From the human T2T-CHM13v2.0 reference genome, Homo sapiens: a DNA stretch of 64,000 bases. How positions within the stretch are numbered: the stretch's first letter is position 1; each line of letters opens with the position of its first letter. Positions 11,369-29,129 of the stretch are shown here, one piece after another. Both the position numbers and the translations under genes were made by a program. Under the pieces are notes generated by a model. That model saw only the letters and a list, made by a program, of their open reading frames with translations, did no database searches and was not told the DNA's origin. Location: the NCBI RefSeq assembly GCF_009914755.1, contig NC_060925.1, one strand, 5' to 3'.

Positions 11369-12679
11369 TATATTACAAGGATATAATCATGCATGCAATA
11401 ACAAACTGTTTTTTTTAAACAAATAACACAATGGTATTTAAAGTCTCTATACTTTCGTTGAGGTAAGCATCATTCCTAGAAATGCTCCTAACTCGTTTCC
11501 CAAGACTAGTCATGTAATCTCACTCTTTCGAGGTACAGTTGCACAGCTCACAGTTTATCTCCTTCAAAGAAATTGTTCAGGCTGTTCATATCTTAGCCTT
11601 TCTTGGGTCCTCCTCTTATGACTTCCATTAGTGTCCTATTATAGAAATGAAAACAGATATTGTGATGTTATTTATCTTTGTAAACCTAATTAAATAGACA
11701 TGCCATGGAACATGATATTTCCTGAATAAATGAAAGCAAAAACTACATCTGACTCCTCATATTAGGGAAGTTATATTTATATTTATGTCATATTGGTTTA
11801 CATATTTTCTTCCACAGAGGTTTATTATGTATATTTCATTTTTGAATTTAAAAAGACCCTTTTTTTAAAAAAAAAAAATGAATATCTGAAGTGATGTTTG
11901 AAATTGCCCCTGAAGCTTTTATTTTTCTCTCTTGCATATATTATTTGTACAAAAGTATGGCTGGGAACAAATTCTCATGGTGAATAGAATCTCTAATATG
12001 TCATATGCTAAGGATATGTTGCACTCCAAGCAATCACTGAATTGAGCCAACTTTTCAGTTTGATTATCTGTTTGTTAATTAGCCTGGTTGGTATACTGTC
12101 AACAACCTACTGCCTCTGAAATGACTTAGTGAGTTCATTTGGGTTTTGTCTTAGGAAGTTGGAATTTTCCAAAAATACTTAGGGATTAATTCGTTTATTT
12201 TAATTAGAAAATTGCTGTTGATTTTAAGGATCGTGTAGGAAGGTCCTTCGCTGCCTGAGGCCATATTTAGAATGGTTATGGAATTGGATTTGTCCAAAGG
12301 AGTGCAATCCGAGTATGAATATGCCATCCTTATAGTTTGTGAGTTTATGAGCAATGAGACAAAAAGGATAATGGGGATAAAATAGCACTGCCAAATCTCC
12401 TGTTTTAGTTATATTTGTATTTAATCAAAATGTTTATTTGAAAAATGTTTCCTCACATTTTCAAATGAATGTAAAAACATTCTGAGGGCTGCCTGAAATG
12501 TTACCTAAGTTTGAATGTCATGTTGTGGCTCCTATAAGTAGAAATGATAAATGGGCAAAATTACAGAGAGGTAGTTTTCATGTCTGTGGAAGAGATATCA
12601 TCAAACCTGCAAAACTGTAGAGAAAGAAAATGTGCCTTACTGTGAAGTGACCACTTCTGATTGAAAATTTGCTTAATTA

Positions 12680-13850
12680 ATTTGTTTTCTAATTTATGTA
12701 TGGCAAAATTCACTCTTTCTGGTATACAGTTCTGTGTTTTGACAAGTATGGTATTGTCATTTTTGTTATTTTTTAGCTTCTGTAATACATTTGAAGTGTT
12801 GTCTCATGGTTGTTTAATTTACCTAAATAATGAGGTTGAGTATATTTTGATGTTCTTGCTTGCCATTGATATAGGTGTGTATGCTTTAGCAATTTTCATT
12901 GCTTTGACTTTCTTTATTACTATACCTTCACAGTAGGTCTTACATCAGATAGTATGAGTGCTCCAACTTAAAAAAAAATTTCTTGATTACTCTAGCTCCT
13001 TTGCCTTTCCATACAAATTTTAGAATTAGTTTGTTGTGGTATACAACAAATTATACTATTTTAAAATTGGGATTGCACTGAAACTATTCATGTATTAGAG
13101 GACAATTGACATCTTATTAATTCTTACATTTAATACCTGACTATAGCTTATATTTCCATTAAATAAATGGAATATTTTGATTTCTTACATTGATGTTTTG
13201 AAGTTTTCAATGTACAAATCCTGCATAGATTTGGCTTGACTTATATCTATTTATTTTATTTTTGGTGCTATAATAAATAATATTGTCTTTTACTGTCAAA
13301 TTACAAATACTTATTATTAGTATACAGAAATATCACCAAACCTTGTATTTTGCAAGTGTACAAACTCATGCATTAGTACTTGGAGCTTTTCTGTAGATTA
13401 TTTTGTATTTTGTATCTAAGTAATTATGTCATATAAGAATATTCACAATTTTGATTTTTTATTTTTATCCTGCATGCCTTTTATTTATTTTCTTACCTTA
13501 TTTCACTGGCTAGAAATTCCAGTATGATATTTTAAAGGAATGCTGAGAGAGAAAACCTTTACTTTGTTCCTGATCTTATGGAGAAAACATTTAGTCTTTT
13601 ACCATTGATTAAACTATAGGTAAGATTTTTTCTTTTTTCTTTTTGTAGATGTTCTATCAGGTTAAAGAAGTTCCATTTTATTAATATATTTTGCCACTAT
13701 TTATCATGAATGGAAAATGAATTTTGTAAAATACATTTTCTGCATCTGTTGAGATGTTAATATAGTTTTTCTTTTTCAGTTTGTTAGATGGGTGACTTAT
13801 GTTAATTAATTTTCCAATGTTGAAGCAGCTTTGCATTCCTGTATCAAATG
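12680..13850 (-). mobile_element. Old L1M (L1MC/MD-like) ORF2 and 3' end fragment
   Basis: T-rich strand with L1 signatures such as tttgttcctgatctt...agtcttttaccattga and ttttctgcatctgttgagatg. Confidence 0.75.
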
Positions 13851-14229
13851 CTCTGTCTTAGCCAGTACAGCTGAAGATTTTATGGCATAAATTATTCCAA
13901 AATAGAGTCATCAACCAAGGACCTGCCCCATTTGAACACCTGTGCTAATGGAGTATAACCAAAGAAGGAAAAAGAATATTTTGAATAAGAAGTTAATAAA
14001 AGTGAAACCAGAAAAAAGTCTCATTTCAAATCACTTTAATATTTTATTTTATTTTTTTTTAAGTTCATATGTCTTTTAAGTTTGTGTGTATAAGTTAACA
14101 TCATGCTAGCTACTCTCATACACACATGCAGGTATATACACACACACACACGCACAAATGTATAATGTTTCAAATATGATAAGCATTCATTTCATTTCCT
14201 TAAAAACTAAAACTATTTTTCATATTAGC

Positions 14230-14537
14230 AGCCACATCTCCCCTGACTGGTGTTGGAACAACTGAGTCTTCAACACTGGGCTCTGCCATACTCAACTCTT
14301 CATTTCCAGCATCTTCATGTCTTTAAGCAGCACAGTGGCCAAAAGCACAGAAGATCATGTATGGAAGGCCTTTATGGGACAGGCCTGGGAGTGACAATCA
14401 TTTTGCCCTTTATATCCCAATTTAAAGCACTTAGCTACTGGACCATACCTTACTGCAAGTTAAGCTGGGATATGTGGCTTAACTGAATGCCTAGGAAAAA
14501 GAGAAATCAGTTGAATACATTGCTGGCCTCTCTCATA
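14230..14537 (-). mobile_element. Old MLT1 (K/L-like) LTR fragment
   Basis: ttatgggacaggcctgggagtgaca...actgcaag..agctggga motif. Confidence 0.55.
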
Positions 14538-15722
14538 GCCAACTATGATTTCATGGTTGATCTTGAAAATTGGTTTTCTAAAACTTAAATTTACAAATAT
14601 ACCACTTACATTTTTTGAGTTTTCTTTGATTTTAAAAACAGCATCCTGTAAACATGAACATTAATAGAGTTGAAATTAATGTAATGTTTCCATTCTTCAC
14701 ATATAATTCTGTATAATATTTGAAGCAATGCTAACTTATACTAATGAAGTATATATCTATGTATACCTATGAATTGTTTTTCTATTTATGAATGCTTAAA
14801 TTTTTCTTCATTATAGCATAGTTTTAAAAATTAACATAGAGTGGTTTCCTATTTCTTGAATACACAGGCATACACTACATGCACATTTGTTATATACTTG
14901 TATATGTGATATATGTAAATATAGCAGTCCATATAAAATATTCACATGCATGCATGATCAGTTTTATTCAGTGTTATAATTTTTGGAAATAAATTTTATA
15001 AGGTAGTATAATTTATCATAAATTATAATTTAGAGATTTTAATATAGTTTTATTAATATCAACCAACAAGCTGATGATAATTTATTCACATTTGCCCGAG
15101 TACAGTTTTGCAAAGTTACCCACTAGTAAGAATTTAGATCTTTAAAATTAGGAACACAAAATGCTTTCCAATTTTTCTTCAAAGTACTTTGGTTCCCTCA
15201 TCCTTATTATCATACCAAGAAAGAAGTAGAGAAAGTATCAAAAGTAAGCAAGAATGAAAATATGGGTTAGTGATGATAATTCAGTAAATTTAGCTTGAGA
15301 AAAATTTTCCTCAAAACAAATATTTAAATTTTAGTGTACTGTAAATAATTGAGGCATTATTGATGTTAGTATAATATAAATTAAATTATAGAAACATGCT
15401 TTGTAGAATCATGATATTACTTTTTAAAATTATAATGGGAAACAAAATATTTGGCATCTAAGTCTAACTTATTTGTATGAGATGATCCTAGGAAAAAAAA
15501 TAGTAGAACATCATTTTAAAATTATACACCATCTAAGATTGGATTTTAATGTGTTTCAGAATACCTCAACAATGATATCAAATACAAAGTTTTTACAGTA
15601 AAAATTTTTCATTAACAAGCATTCTATTAGTGCTATGTAATAATATTTACATTCATATTTGGGATTTATTATGTTGGTGTTTTATTTACACTTTGAGTTA
15701 TAACATTAATAATACGAGGCTA

Positions 15723-15810
15723 TGGCACATGTATACATATGTAACTAACCTGCACAATGTGCACATGTACCCTAAAACTTAAAGTATAATAAAAAAAGAA
15801 AAGAAAAAAA
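15723..15810 (+). mobile_element. Extremely 5'-truncated young L1PA (PA2/PA3-like) 3' end with A tail
   Basis: tggcacatgtatacatatgtaactaacctgcacaatgtgcacatgtaccctaaaacttaaagtataat + A tail; perfect 15-bp TSD AATAATACGAGGCTA (15708-15722, 15811-15825). Confidence 0.95.
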
Positions 15811-16524
15811 AATAATACGAGGCTAAATCAAGTTTATCCTAATTTCATGTTTCACAAACTTTGCTTTTATACATATTTGCATAATTTCTTGCAAACAGTA
15901 ATCATAGTAATTCAGCTATGTTTAACCTCCTCTAACCATGTCATTCATGATTGCAGAAAACAGAAATTAACATTTCTAGGAGCTCAGTAACATAATATTG
16001 GCTACTCTCAAGGAAAAGGTAGCAGGTGTGGCAGTGGGCAGCAGCCATTTGTCAACTGAAGAAAACCATAATGGTGGCATCAAGAAGAAAATTATGCTAA
16101 TGTAAAAGTAATGCTTCTCGGTGCTATTATTAGTACTGTGCACCATCAGAATGATAATGAAGACTAAAGCCCTTCTGAATTTCCAAATAAATTTTTCCTG
16201 TAGTAGTGTTTTTCAGATTCTTTTTCAGATTCTATGAGTCCAGAGTTAGACACATAGAAGGCACTTAATTGTAAATAAGTTGAATGTAAACTAAAGAGTA
16301 GTCATAATTAGCTAATATTGTATTCTCTCATACAATGAATGTATTCTTTTTTATGAATCTAAGTTTTCAGTGTTTATGTAACTTGAATGTTTCATAACAC
16401 ATTACAGTTCCTTCTTTCCTTCACACATGTTTAAGTTTCTTAGGAAATGACACATCAAAAATATTCTGTTCTTCCTAGTGACTCAAACTTACAACTTGAC
16501 TGTGAGGCCTGAACTTGCCTTGGC

Positions 16525-16670
16525 AATGTGAACTTCAAAAAGCAAATTAATCTCTCTTGACTTTTAATTTCTGTATCTATTGAAAAAAGGAATAGTAACC
16601 AGTCTTTTGATTTTAAATTGTCATTGTAAGGGTCGATAATACTATATGTATCAGATCACTTACTGAATTT
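16525..16670 (+). mobile_element. MIR fragment
   Basis: gtgaactt...gcaaattaatctctcttga...tttctgtatctat..aaaaggaatagtaa core-like sequence. Confidence 0.5.
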
Positions 16671-16839
16671 CAAAGCATAATATGTCATTAAAATATAATT
16701 GTTACTTAATATTGCATAGCAAAAATTAAACTCCACTAAATTAAGTCACTATTGAGAGAAAATATGTAATCCATCATTTGACAAAACTAAATATTGATAT
16801 CTAACTGAATATGCTTAAAATTTGCTAAATCAAAAGGTA

Positions 16840-17133
<294 letters not shown>

Positions 17134-17450
17134 TCAAAATGCTTTTAAATAGCAGAAAAATCTGGTTAAATGCAGAAGCTTTCTCTCACCTACTTCTACT
17201 TGGCAAAGGATTAGACTAAGGGTAAGCATGATCACGTTTGATAAAATTCCGATGTCTGAAATAGGCATATGAGTCCCCATGATGAGAAAGCTGAAGAGCA
17301 GAAATATACCCTCCAGTTGTAGAGCTAGATGAGAGAGCTGGGATTTTCTCACAGACTACTGTGTTGCCCAAGACAAAGTCTAACATTCCTAAACCAATGA
17401 TGCACAATTTCTCAATCTCTATGAATCAATTAAACTATATTCAGCAGAAT

Positions 17451-17994
17451 TGTAGTCAAATAAACGTGGCCGCGAAGTCTTTGCTATTCCTCCCATTGAA
17501 CGGCAGATTTTATTTCCCCTCCCATAAATCTTAACTAGTTTTAAAGACTTGTTTGGCCAATTGAATTTATTGGAAGTGACATTCTAGAACTGGCAAGGCC
17601 TAGTCATATGACACCTGATAGGCTTCACTGGGACCCCTTGAAACACTCATTCTTAGAGCCCTGTTTTGCCATGTAAAAGTTGGACTACACTGCTGAACAG
17701 ATCACGTGAAGAGGCCCTGGGACTACCTAGAGCATATGAGGAGTCCACCTGAGCCCAGCCTTCCAGACATCCCTCTCAATATGCCAAGAACGAATATCTT
17801 GGAAGCTGCAGATTAGTGAGCTGCCTGCTGAATAATATTTATTGATCCGTGTCGATACCAGGTAAAACAAGAATAATCCAGATTATCCTTGCCTGAATTT
17901 CTGACCCACAAAATTATGGGATATGATAAAATATTTGTTGCATTATGCCATAAATATTTAGGGTAGACTTTTTACAGCAGAATATGTAGATGAC
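17451..17994 (+). mobile_element. MLT1 (G/H-like) LTR
   Basis: gtggccgc...tcctcccattga...cccctccc; 3' tgacccacaaaattatgg..ataaaatatttgttg. Confidence 0.7.
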
Positions 17995-19217
17995 AAATTT
18001 TAGGAAACCAAGTGACTTCTCTACCATTTTTATAATAAAATAATACATACGCTAAGGGTAATATTCTTTGCAGGCTTTCAGAAAACTATCACTATCCAGC
18101 TTAGCGATACAAAGCCTATAACTAAAGTATGCTTTCACAAGTTCATCCTTTTTAAAAATTCTAACTTAAAATGATTATAGAACAGGAAGATTTTGTAAAT
18201 ATTACATGAAATATTGAATACGTGAATCAATCCTAGACTAAGAAATTTGGAGAAACTTCTCACTGAAAGTTACTTTCTTTTGAATGGCAGATGCTATCCA
18301 GATCTCAAAATAAGAAATGCAGCAAGTGGTTTTAATCTACTCTGATAAAGAAAGTTTTCTGTTCTTTTGGATCATTTTCCATGGGTTTTATGTTAAATAA
18401 TTCTATATTCCTTTCTTGACATGATGAGGGAAAAAAGAAATTAACAGCTACAAAAACAGCCATTTATAAACAAACCACTGGAACCAATAATTGGAAACAC
18501 TCAGTATCTTTTTCTCAACTTCAAAACTAGTGATATCAGCTTTTTATGATTGGTTTAGGTTGTGTTCCTATGAGTGGTATATTCAGTGCTTCTTTTATAA
18601 AACTCATGCACATAATATTTTGAAAATCACTGTCTCAAAAAATTCATAAACAAAAATATCTCTAGCAAGTACAAGTGAAAGAGCTCCAAAATGAAAACTG
18701 TAGAAAAAAGTCCATAAACACATGATTTTTGTAATCAGGACACTATACTGTAGTAAGTATAGTGACACTATACTATAGTAAGCGGAATTTGAAAGTTGGC
18801 TAAGAGTATCATTCCTTTCAACTCAAGTGCTTCCAAAAGATATTGAATCTCTTTTTGATATGAGAAGACATGAATATGAATCTCATAAAGATACATCAAT
18901 TTTTAATAATTAAAGAGATTTTTTAAAATTAAATCATAGAATTCTCATTTTAAAAGCAGTCAGAGTTACCTAAATTACATATACAAAATCCTTTTGGGAA
19001 GAAAGTAATAGTGGTAATTACAAATTTCTACACTTACAGTGTGCAGGAAATCATTTTCCACATTACCTTTTGACAAAGAGAGAACAAAATCAAATACACC
19101 CTTTATGTTTTCCCATCACATGCCATATAAAATGGAAAGAATTCCTGCATTTTCAAGTAATAATAACTTTCCCATATCACTTTGAGAAAAAATAATCATA
19201 TATGTATATGAGAAAAA

Positions 19218-19371
19218 ATATATATACATATATGTATACATATATACATATATACATATATGTATACATATATACATATATACATATATGTATACATATA
19301 TACATATATACATATATACACACACACATATGTATACGTATACATATATATACACACACACACACACACAC
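19218..19371. repeat. Compound (TA)/(TACA)/(CA)n microsatellite
   Basis: 154 bp of alternating purine-pyrimidine ending in (CA)n. Confidence 0.97.
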
Positions 19372-20090
19372 TCAGTCTTCAAACCACAGCTTGTCTAAAC
19401 ATGGCTCGTGATGCCCTTTCTAAAATCAATGCTCTTCCTTTTCTACAAGATAGTTTTCAAAAGTAAGGGTCGACTCTTGCAGCAAAATGCATAAATGGCT
19501 TTTTCTATTAATATCACATTGTCAAGGTCATTCTTAGGTATCCAAAAAATTTTGGAAAAGAAGAAATGCAGAAAAGGAGAATTTATTTTACCTTTGTTTT
19601 TGTCTTTACCCAGTGATGTCTATGATAAATTAATTTCTCTAAGCTGGAGGATATTCTATTTCTAAACAAGGATTAGGCCTCTGGGGCTACCTAAATGTAG
19701 AAACACATGAATATTTATGCAACACATGAATATTTCCATCGAAATTAGAAAATAGATTGCTGTAAATATTATGACATAGAAGATTTACATAGTAGTGTGG
19801 TGGTGTCTAGGTAGATATTAGCACAAGATATTTGAGTTTATAGTTTATAATTTGGCCAGCACAGTCTCTCAGTACTCAGTGCCTAAGAGTGCATAAGGTC
19901 TGAAAGTTGTCTAAAAATGCATTTCTGCTAACAAAGTAGTGTCAAAAGAAATCTCATCTCTGTTTGACAGAAATGGAAAGTGAGCTTGAAAAGTGTAGCA
20001 GTCTGCCTTTATCAGTATTCAAAATCATAGACTGCAAGAGAAACAAAATCTTTCTTAACTGGAGCTTATACATTTGTAGGTAATCTTCAA

Positions 20091-21003
20091 CTGTTTTAGT
20101 TAGGATTTGGCTTAGCTAAAAATAATGAAAACAAAATAATAGGGCTTTCCTTCTAAAAAGACAGACATTTGTTCCTCTTCCACATGAAAGAAGTTTGACT
20201 ATGGTCAGTCCAATGTTGATATGCAGAGTCCGCAATCATCAGGAAACTAGGACTCTCCGGATTTCTTCTCCAGCAATACTAGTGTGCAACTACTGTCCTT
20301 AATTCCTTCATAGCTGCTATCATTCCAGACATAGTCACTTTCCAAATAGAGAAGGGAGAAAGGAACAAATATTTGCCTTGTCTCTGCTAAAGGCACATTG
20401 CAGAAGTTACAAACAACTCTTCCACTTACATCTCTATTACAAGAAAAATTCGGGACTCTAACATCTTTCCAAACTAGGAAGTAGCTGAGAGAACAAAGAA
20501 TGACTTGGAGAAGTCCAACTTGGCAAGTAGATAAGTTTATTAGGACCTTCATACAGGGTACTTCTGGGCGGCAGCAGGACAGCTTCAGAGATCCACCTTG
20601 CCACTCATCACTAACCTGCTTTTAAGCTAATTTTCTGGCTTTTTGTCTACTGTGTATATACGCTAAGACTATTTTCCATGGGATGTTCCCAGCTATGCTG
20701 TGGGATGTTTGGTTTCTCAAGGACACCTGCTGTTTGGTTTGGCCTGTTGGCCTTGGCTCACTACCCAGCCTTGAGGGCTGAAACGGTGGGTATACACCCT
20801 TAAATAACCTTGTGGGGTACCTGTCCCACAGCAATCTCATTAGCCAGTGCTAAGTCACATCACATCACTATAACTAGCTGCAAAGAAAGCTGGAAAATGT
20901 AGTATTTAGCTAGGTAAATATACACAGTAAAATACTGGGATTCCATAAATTTGAGGAAAAAAAGAATGAATATTTGATAAGGAAACCATAGTCTCTACCA
21001 CAA
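20091..21003 (-). mobile_element. Old MLT1 (J/L-like) LTR split by a younger LTR
   Basis: ttccacttacatctc|attagccag..gtcacat continues across the insertion; agctgcaaagaaagctggaaaatgtagtatttagct. Confidence 0.7.
20435..20833 (-). mobile_element. Solo ERVL LTR (LTR57-like)
   Basis: ~400 bp; AGCCAGAAAATTAGCTTAAAAGCAG and AATAAA on the minus strand; 5-bp TSD ATCTC at 20430-20434 and 20834-20838. Confidence 0.75.
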
Positions 21004-21454
21004 CCAGTATAATTTCAATTAGTTTCAAAATCATATACAGCTGACACTTACAGGGGATGAAATTGACTTCCATGTGTTAGTAAAATTAATTGGGTCAGAT
21101 AAACAGACCACTATAAACCATAGAAACTTTTGTTACCAATTTATAAGTGTTATGATGGTAAGTTTTTCCCTTTATCATTCTAAATCTTGATTTATAGCTT
21201 ATCCTTCAATACTAAACATATAATTGAATATAGTAGGAAAAATAAAGATTGCTTATCTCTTGCCAGACTAGTATGTGTGTGTGCTTCTACAAGATACCAA
21301 AAGGATATTCAGTGGCAGCAATTTGATAATATTCATAATTTCCTCAATTTTCTTCCACCCTGAAATAGAAGGCAAAACATTAACAGTTGTTCTCTGAAGT
21401 ATAGAATGAAATAACATTCAGGTAGAAACTGTCATTCACATTTTGGAACATTCA

Positions 21455-22406
21455 TTTTTTTACTGTGGTAAATAAACCTAATATAAAATTTTTCATTTAA
21501 TCCTTTTTAAAATTTACCATTAATCCTATGGCATTAAGTACATTCACATTGTTGTTCAATCATCACCAACATTCATCTTCAGAACTTTTTCATTTTCTCC
21601 AACTGAAACTTTGTACTCATTAAACAAGGCTCCATTCGTCCCTGTATGCCACCATTCTACTTTTTGTCTCTTAGAATCTATTTTAGGTACTCCATATAAG
21701 TAGAAACATACAATATTTGTCTATTTGTGATTGAATTATTTCACTTAGCATAATGTATTCAAGGTTTATTCATGTTGTAGCATATATCAGAATTTCCCTT
21801 ATGTTTAAGGCTGAACAATTTTCTGTTATATATATATATCATATTCTGTTTATCCATTCATCTATCAGGGGGCACTTGGATTGCTTCCACCTTTTGGCTA
21901 TTATGAATAATGCTGCTATGAACATGGTTGTAAAAATGTCTCTTTGAGTCCCTGCCTCCACTTCTTTTGGGTATTCCATTTTCAATTTTTTGAGAAATTG
22001 CCATACCATTTTTCACAGTGGCCGCACAATTTTTCATTCCCACGAGCAATGAGCAAGGGTTCCAATTTCTCCATCGTCATCAATGCTCGTTATTTTCTGT
22101 TTGTTTATTTACTTTTAAAAATAGGCATTCTAATAAGTGTGAAGTGGTATCTCTTTGTGGTTTTGATTTGCAACTCTTGATGTACTCATTGATTTTTTAA
22201 ATACATTCTTTAGACAAATATCAGTTCAAGTCCTTTGCTCAGTTTTTTAATCATAGTGTGTTTTTTTGTTGTTGAGTCATAAGAGTTTCTTTTTATTTTG
22301 TTTATCAATCCTTTCATAAATATGTAATTTACAAATATTCTTCCCATTCCATAGGTTGTCTTTTCACCCTATCGATGGTGTCCTTTGATGCACAAAACTT
22401 TTTAAC
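21455..22406 (-). mobile_element. L1MB-type 3' fragment
   Basis: ggcattaagtacattcacattgttg...cagaactttttcat; ggctattatgaataatgctgctatgaacat. Confidence 0.85.
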
Positions 22407-22877
22407 ATATGTATTTTTTGTGACCTGGCACATTCATTTTTATAGTTATGGCTAGTGTCCTATCAGATTAGTCTTAATACACTTTTTACACCAGACAATA
22501 GTTTTCAAGCAATTATTACTTAATTTTTGAAAACATCTCTTCTACTATAACATGGGTTTTGAGTAATAATTTTTAAAGTATCACTTTTCCTTTATTGCAT
22601 CTCAATAATTTTGTTCAAAAATTAAATGATTGAAATTCCTCTCAAATATTGTATGACACTGATATTGTGTTTCTTTACTACCACATTTTTCAGCAGTTTA
22701 CAAATAGTTTTACAAGCTTTATGTTAATAATAGGATGGGAGTCCTTATTTGTATCTATATTTATAATATAAATCCAAAGTTTGCATAAATTATACTTGCA
22801 TAATGATTTAAATTTCAATTAACTACTTTTCATCCATTTATCCATTTTTGCATATTGGTTTTATAATACAATACAAT

Positions 22878-23246
<369 letters not shown>

Positions 23247-23947
23247 TCAGACAACTGAACTAAGCAGTCTAAGCACATGGACAACAAAGGTAGCCTTCCT
23301 CAGCATAAACCTAAGCATGTCCAGCTTGCATTCCCATCATAAGGTTTTCTACTGGCTATTGAATAAAATACAATACTTTTGTTGTAATATACGAAGCCTT
23401 TTCACATATTATTCCAGTTTTATGCCACTTCTACTATGTCATACACTTCTTTTCCTCCAAGTTTAGGGGTGTATTGTACCTAAATAATACCTACATTCAG
23501 TCAGCCTACAAAATCCTATGTATCATGTAAGCCCCAATTTAAGTGTCATTCTTATGTAAGTGTATATAATTATTTTTTCATGTATTTACCAGAAAACAAA
23601 TGGTTCACTTACTGTATTAATTGATAGCGTGACAGGAAAAATAGTAGGCTTATAATACTATGCAATAATGTATCAGTAGTATATTATATATTATGTAATT
23701 TTTACTAATAGGCAAAGAGTAGTAACTTTTTCTGATATATTATTTTGAAGGCTTTAGCTTTGGCAGTCTCAATAATATTTGAAATAAGTGCTTTCAGTCT
23801 TTTAGTTGGTTAATTTATGAAATTTTAATATTTTTCTATTGTGTATAAGACTGAGAATGTAATGATTTTTAGTAGAAATATTATTACATCAGAAGTCTTT
23901 ATTATATAAATAATTCATGTAATTATGTAAATGGTCTATTTGGACCT

Positions 23948-26718
<2,771 letters not shown>

Positions 26719-27171
26719 GGGCTATTGAGACAAATGCTGTGTGATTGTAAGCCAAATTTACTTTTACTTAAAGATTATTGTTTTAATGTTTGAAAATTAT
26801 ATCAAGGAAGTTTAAAAAATATCTCCATTACCTATCATCACCTATATTTATCTAAGATGATTTTAAGGAATACAAATAAATTAGTTATTAAATTTTAATA
26901 ATTTAAGTATTATAACATTTCACAAAATACCAATTAGATATTAGTCTGAAAAAATGACAAAATGAATATGGGACAAAAGTTGTCTTTCTGTAATTGATTT
27001 TTAGAAAAGGAAACACTGAGTCAAAAACATCGTGAAATTTTAAGAACTTTATCATCTACTATGAAGCAAACGTAGGAGAAGGGATAACAGAATAAAACAA
27101 AGAATATTTTGTATTGTACCAGCATAGATATAATAGTTACATAATTTGTTGATTGAAAATTAGATCACTTC

Positions 27172-27512
<341 letters not shown>

Positions 27513-29129
27513 TCACTTTTTGTAGTTGATATGTAATTAGAAACACTTTCACAATATGTACATTTTTTCAGTAGAGTGAGGCTAAAGTCTGCTAGCCAGT
27601 ACTCAAAAATGTTATCTATCGAAAAAATATACAGCATCACAAATTTCCAAACTTATAAATAAAATTGCATAATGAACAGGTAGTTGAGTTTGTTGACTTG
27701 AATTGAAATAGGATGTTCTGTAAATTTTGTTCATATAGATAATAATGCATATTTAACAAAAAGTAGCAATATTTTATTGTAGTTTTTAATGCTTTAACAA
27801 AGTAACTTTTTGAAATAATTTATACAATTTATATTAATATAAATAAAATGATGTGAAACAATAGCAATATTTGTTGCTTTCTCTCAATATATTAATTGAT
27901 ATTAAAACTGTTAAAAGTACTTATACATGTTAAGACATATGCTGAGGTAGAATACATGCTTATGAGAAATATACATGTTCAATTATTGTTTAATATCACT
28001 GATAACAGCATATTTTCTTGTTATATATTCTAGAATTTAACCATCCAAAGGATCACACAAGTAGAATAAAACATGGATTGCTTTAAACAAATCAATAATA
28101 TTATTCTTTATAATCAATTCAGTGAGAGGAAACCATCACCAAAGTGATAACTATGTTGTAATAACATTGTATAATCTGACATACTTACTTATATTTACAT
28201 CTGTGAGTTTAAAAAATGAAAGTAAAATGTCCCAAGGCTGAAATTAAAGAAATAATTCATTGTATTAGATTTTGGTCATGATTAAATAAAATACATTTTT
28301 GGTAAATTCACACTGTGGAAAATTTTCTATATTTGTTTTAATGTTGCACATACATGCTAACACTAAAGAGAATATTGCTAGGTTCATTGGTAAAATTTTC
28401 TGTATAAATCATTTTAGAAGAAAACAAATTGTTTTATCTTCTCTATGATATTATTAGTCACTTATTTTATTTTATGTAATTAGAGTTTGAGTTGATTGAC
28501 CTGTATAAGACACAAATCCACTTTAAGAATCTGACAAAGAATAAGTTAATAAATAAACATATAGACAAACAAATTTATCATTGTAGAGTCCACAGATATT
28601 CAATGTATTTCTTATTTTTGACATAATATTTTCTGCTTCTAGAAATTTGAACATTTTGAGTACATGCACTATTTCATATGTGAGATTCTATCATTAAAAC
28701 ATAATCAACCCTAATGGGGAAAGTGCTGCATGTTTCAATGTATGTGTCAGTTTGAATATACTTCACAATAATTTTAAAAACTAAAAATAAATGTTTTGAT
28801 ATAATGAGAGAATAGTTAAATAAAATATGCATTATATACCAGTATATTTGATGGAAAATCATGTATAAACACTAATTACACAGTGATTTCAGTAAAAAGA
28901 TGAGGGACAAATGTAGATTTGTATCATTGGAATACAGATGAAACAGGAGGAAGGATTCCAGCTATATATTGTTAATTATTTATGATAGCTCTTAAAGATT
29001 AAATACAGACATTTCAAAGAGACAGAAATCTAGATTTTGGGTTTCAGCAACTACTTGGTAGAGATAGGAAAAATAGGGAGAAGCATAATTTTTTTTGAAA
29101 ATATTAAAGTTTTATAATTGATAAGTTTT

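Noticed and set aside
9142-11426. Similar hydrophobic peptides from ORFs 9142-9345(-), 11045-11239(+) and 11196-11426(+) as a small gene family
   Set aside because: The similarity follows from the DNA inverted repeat; the frame is broken between copies and starts are non-ATG or LTR-derived.
19116-19466. Tyr/Ile/Val/His-rich ORFs
   Set aside because: Translations of the TA/CA microsatellite.
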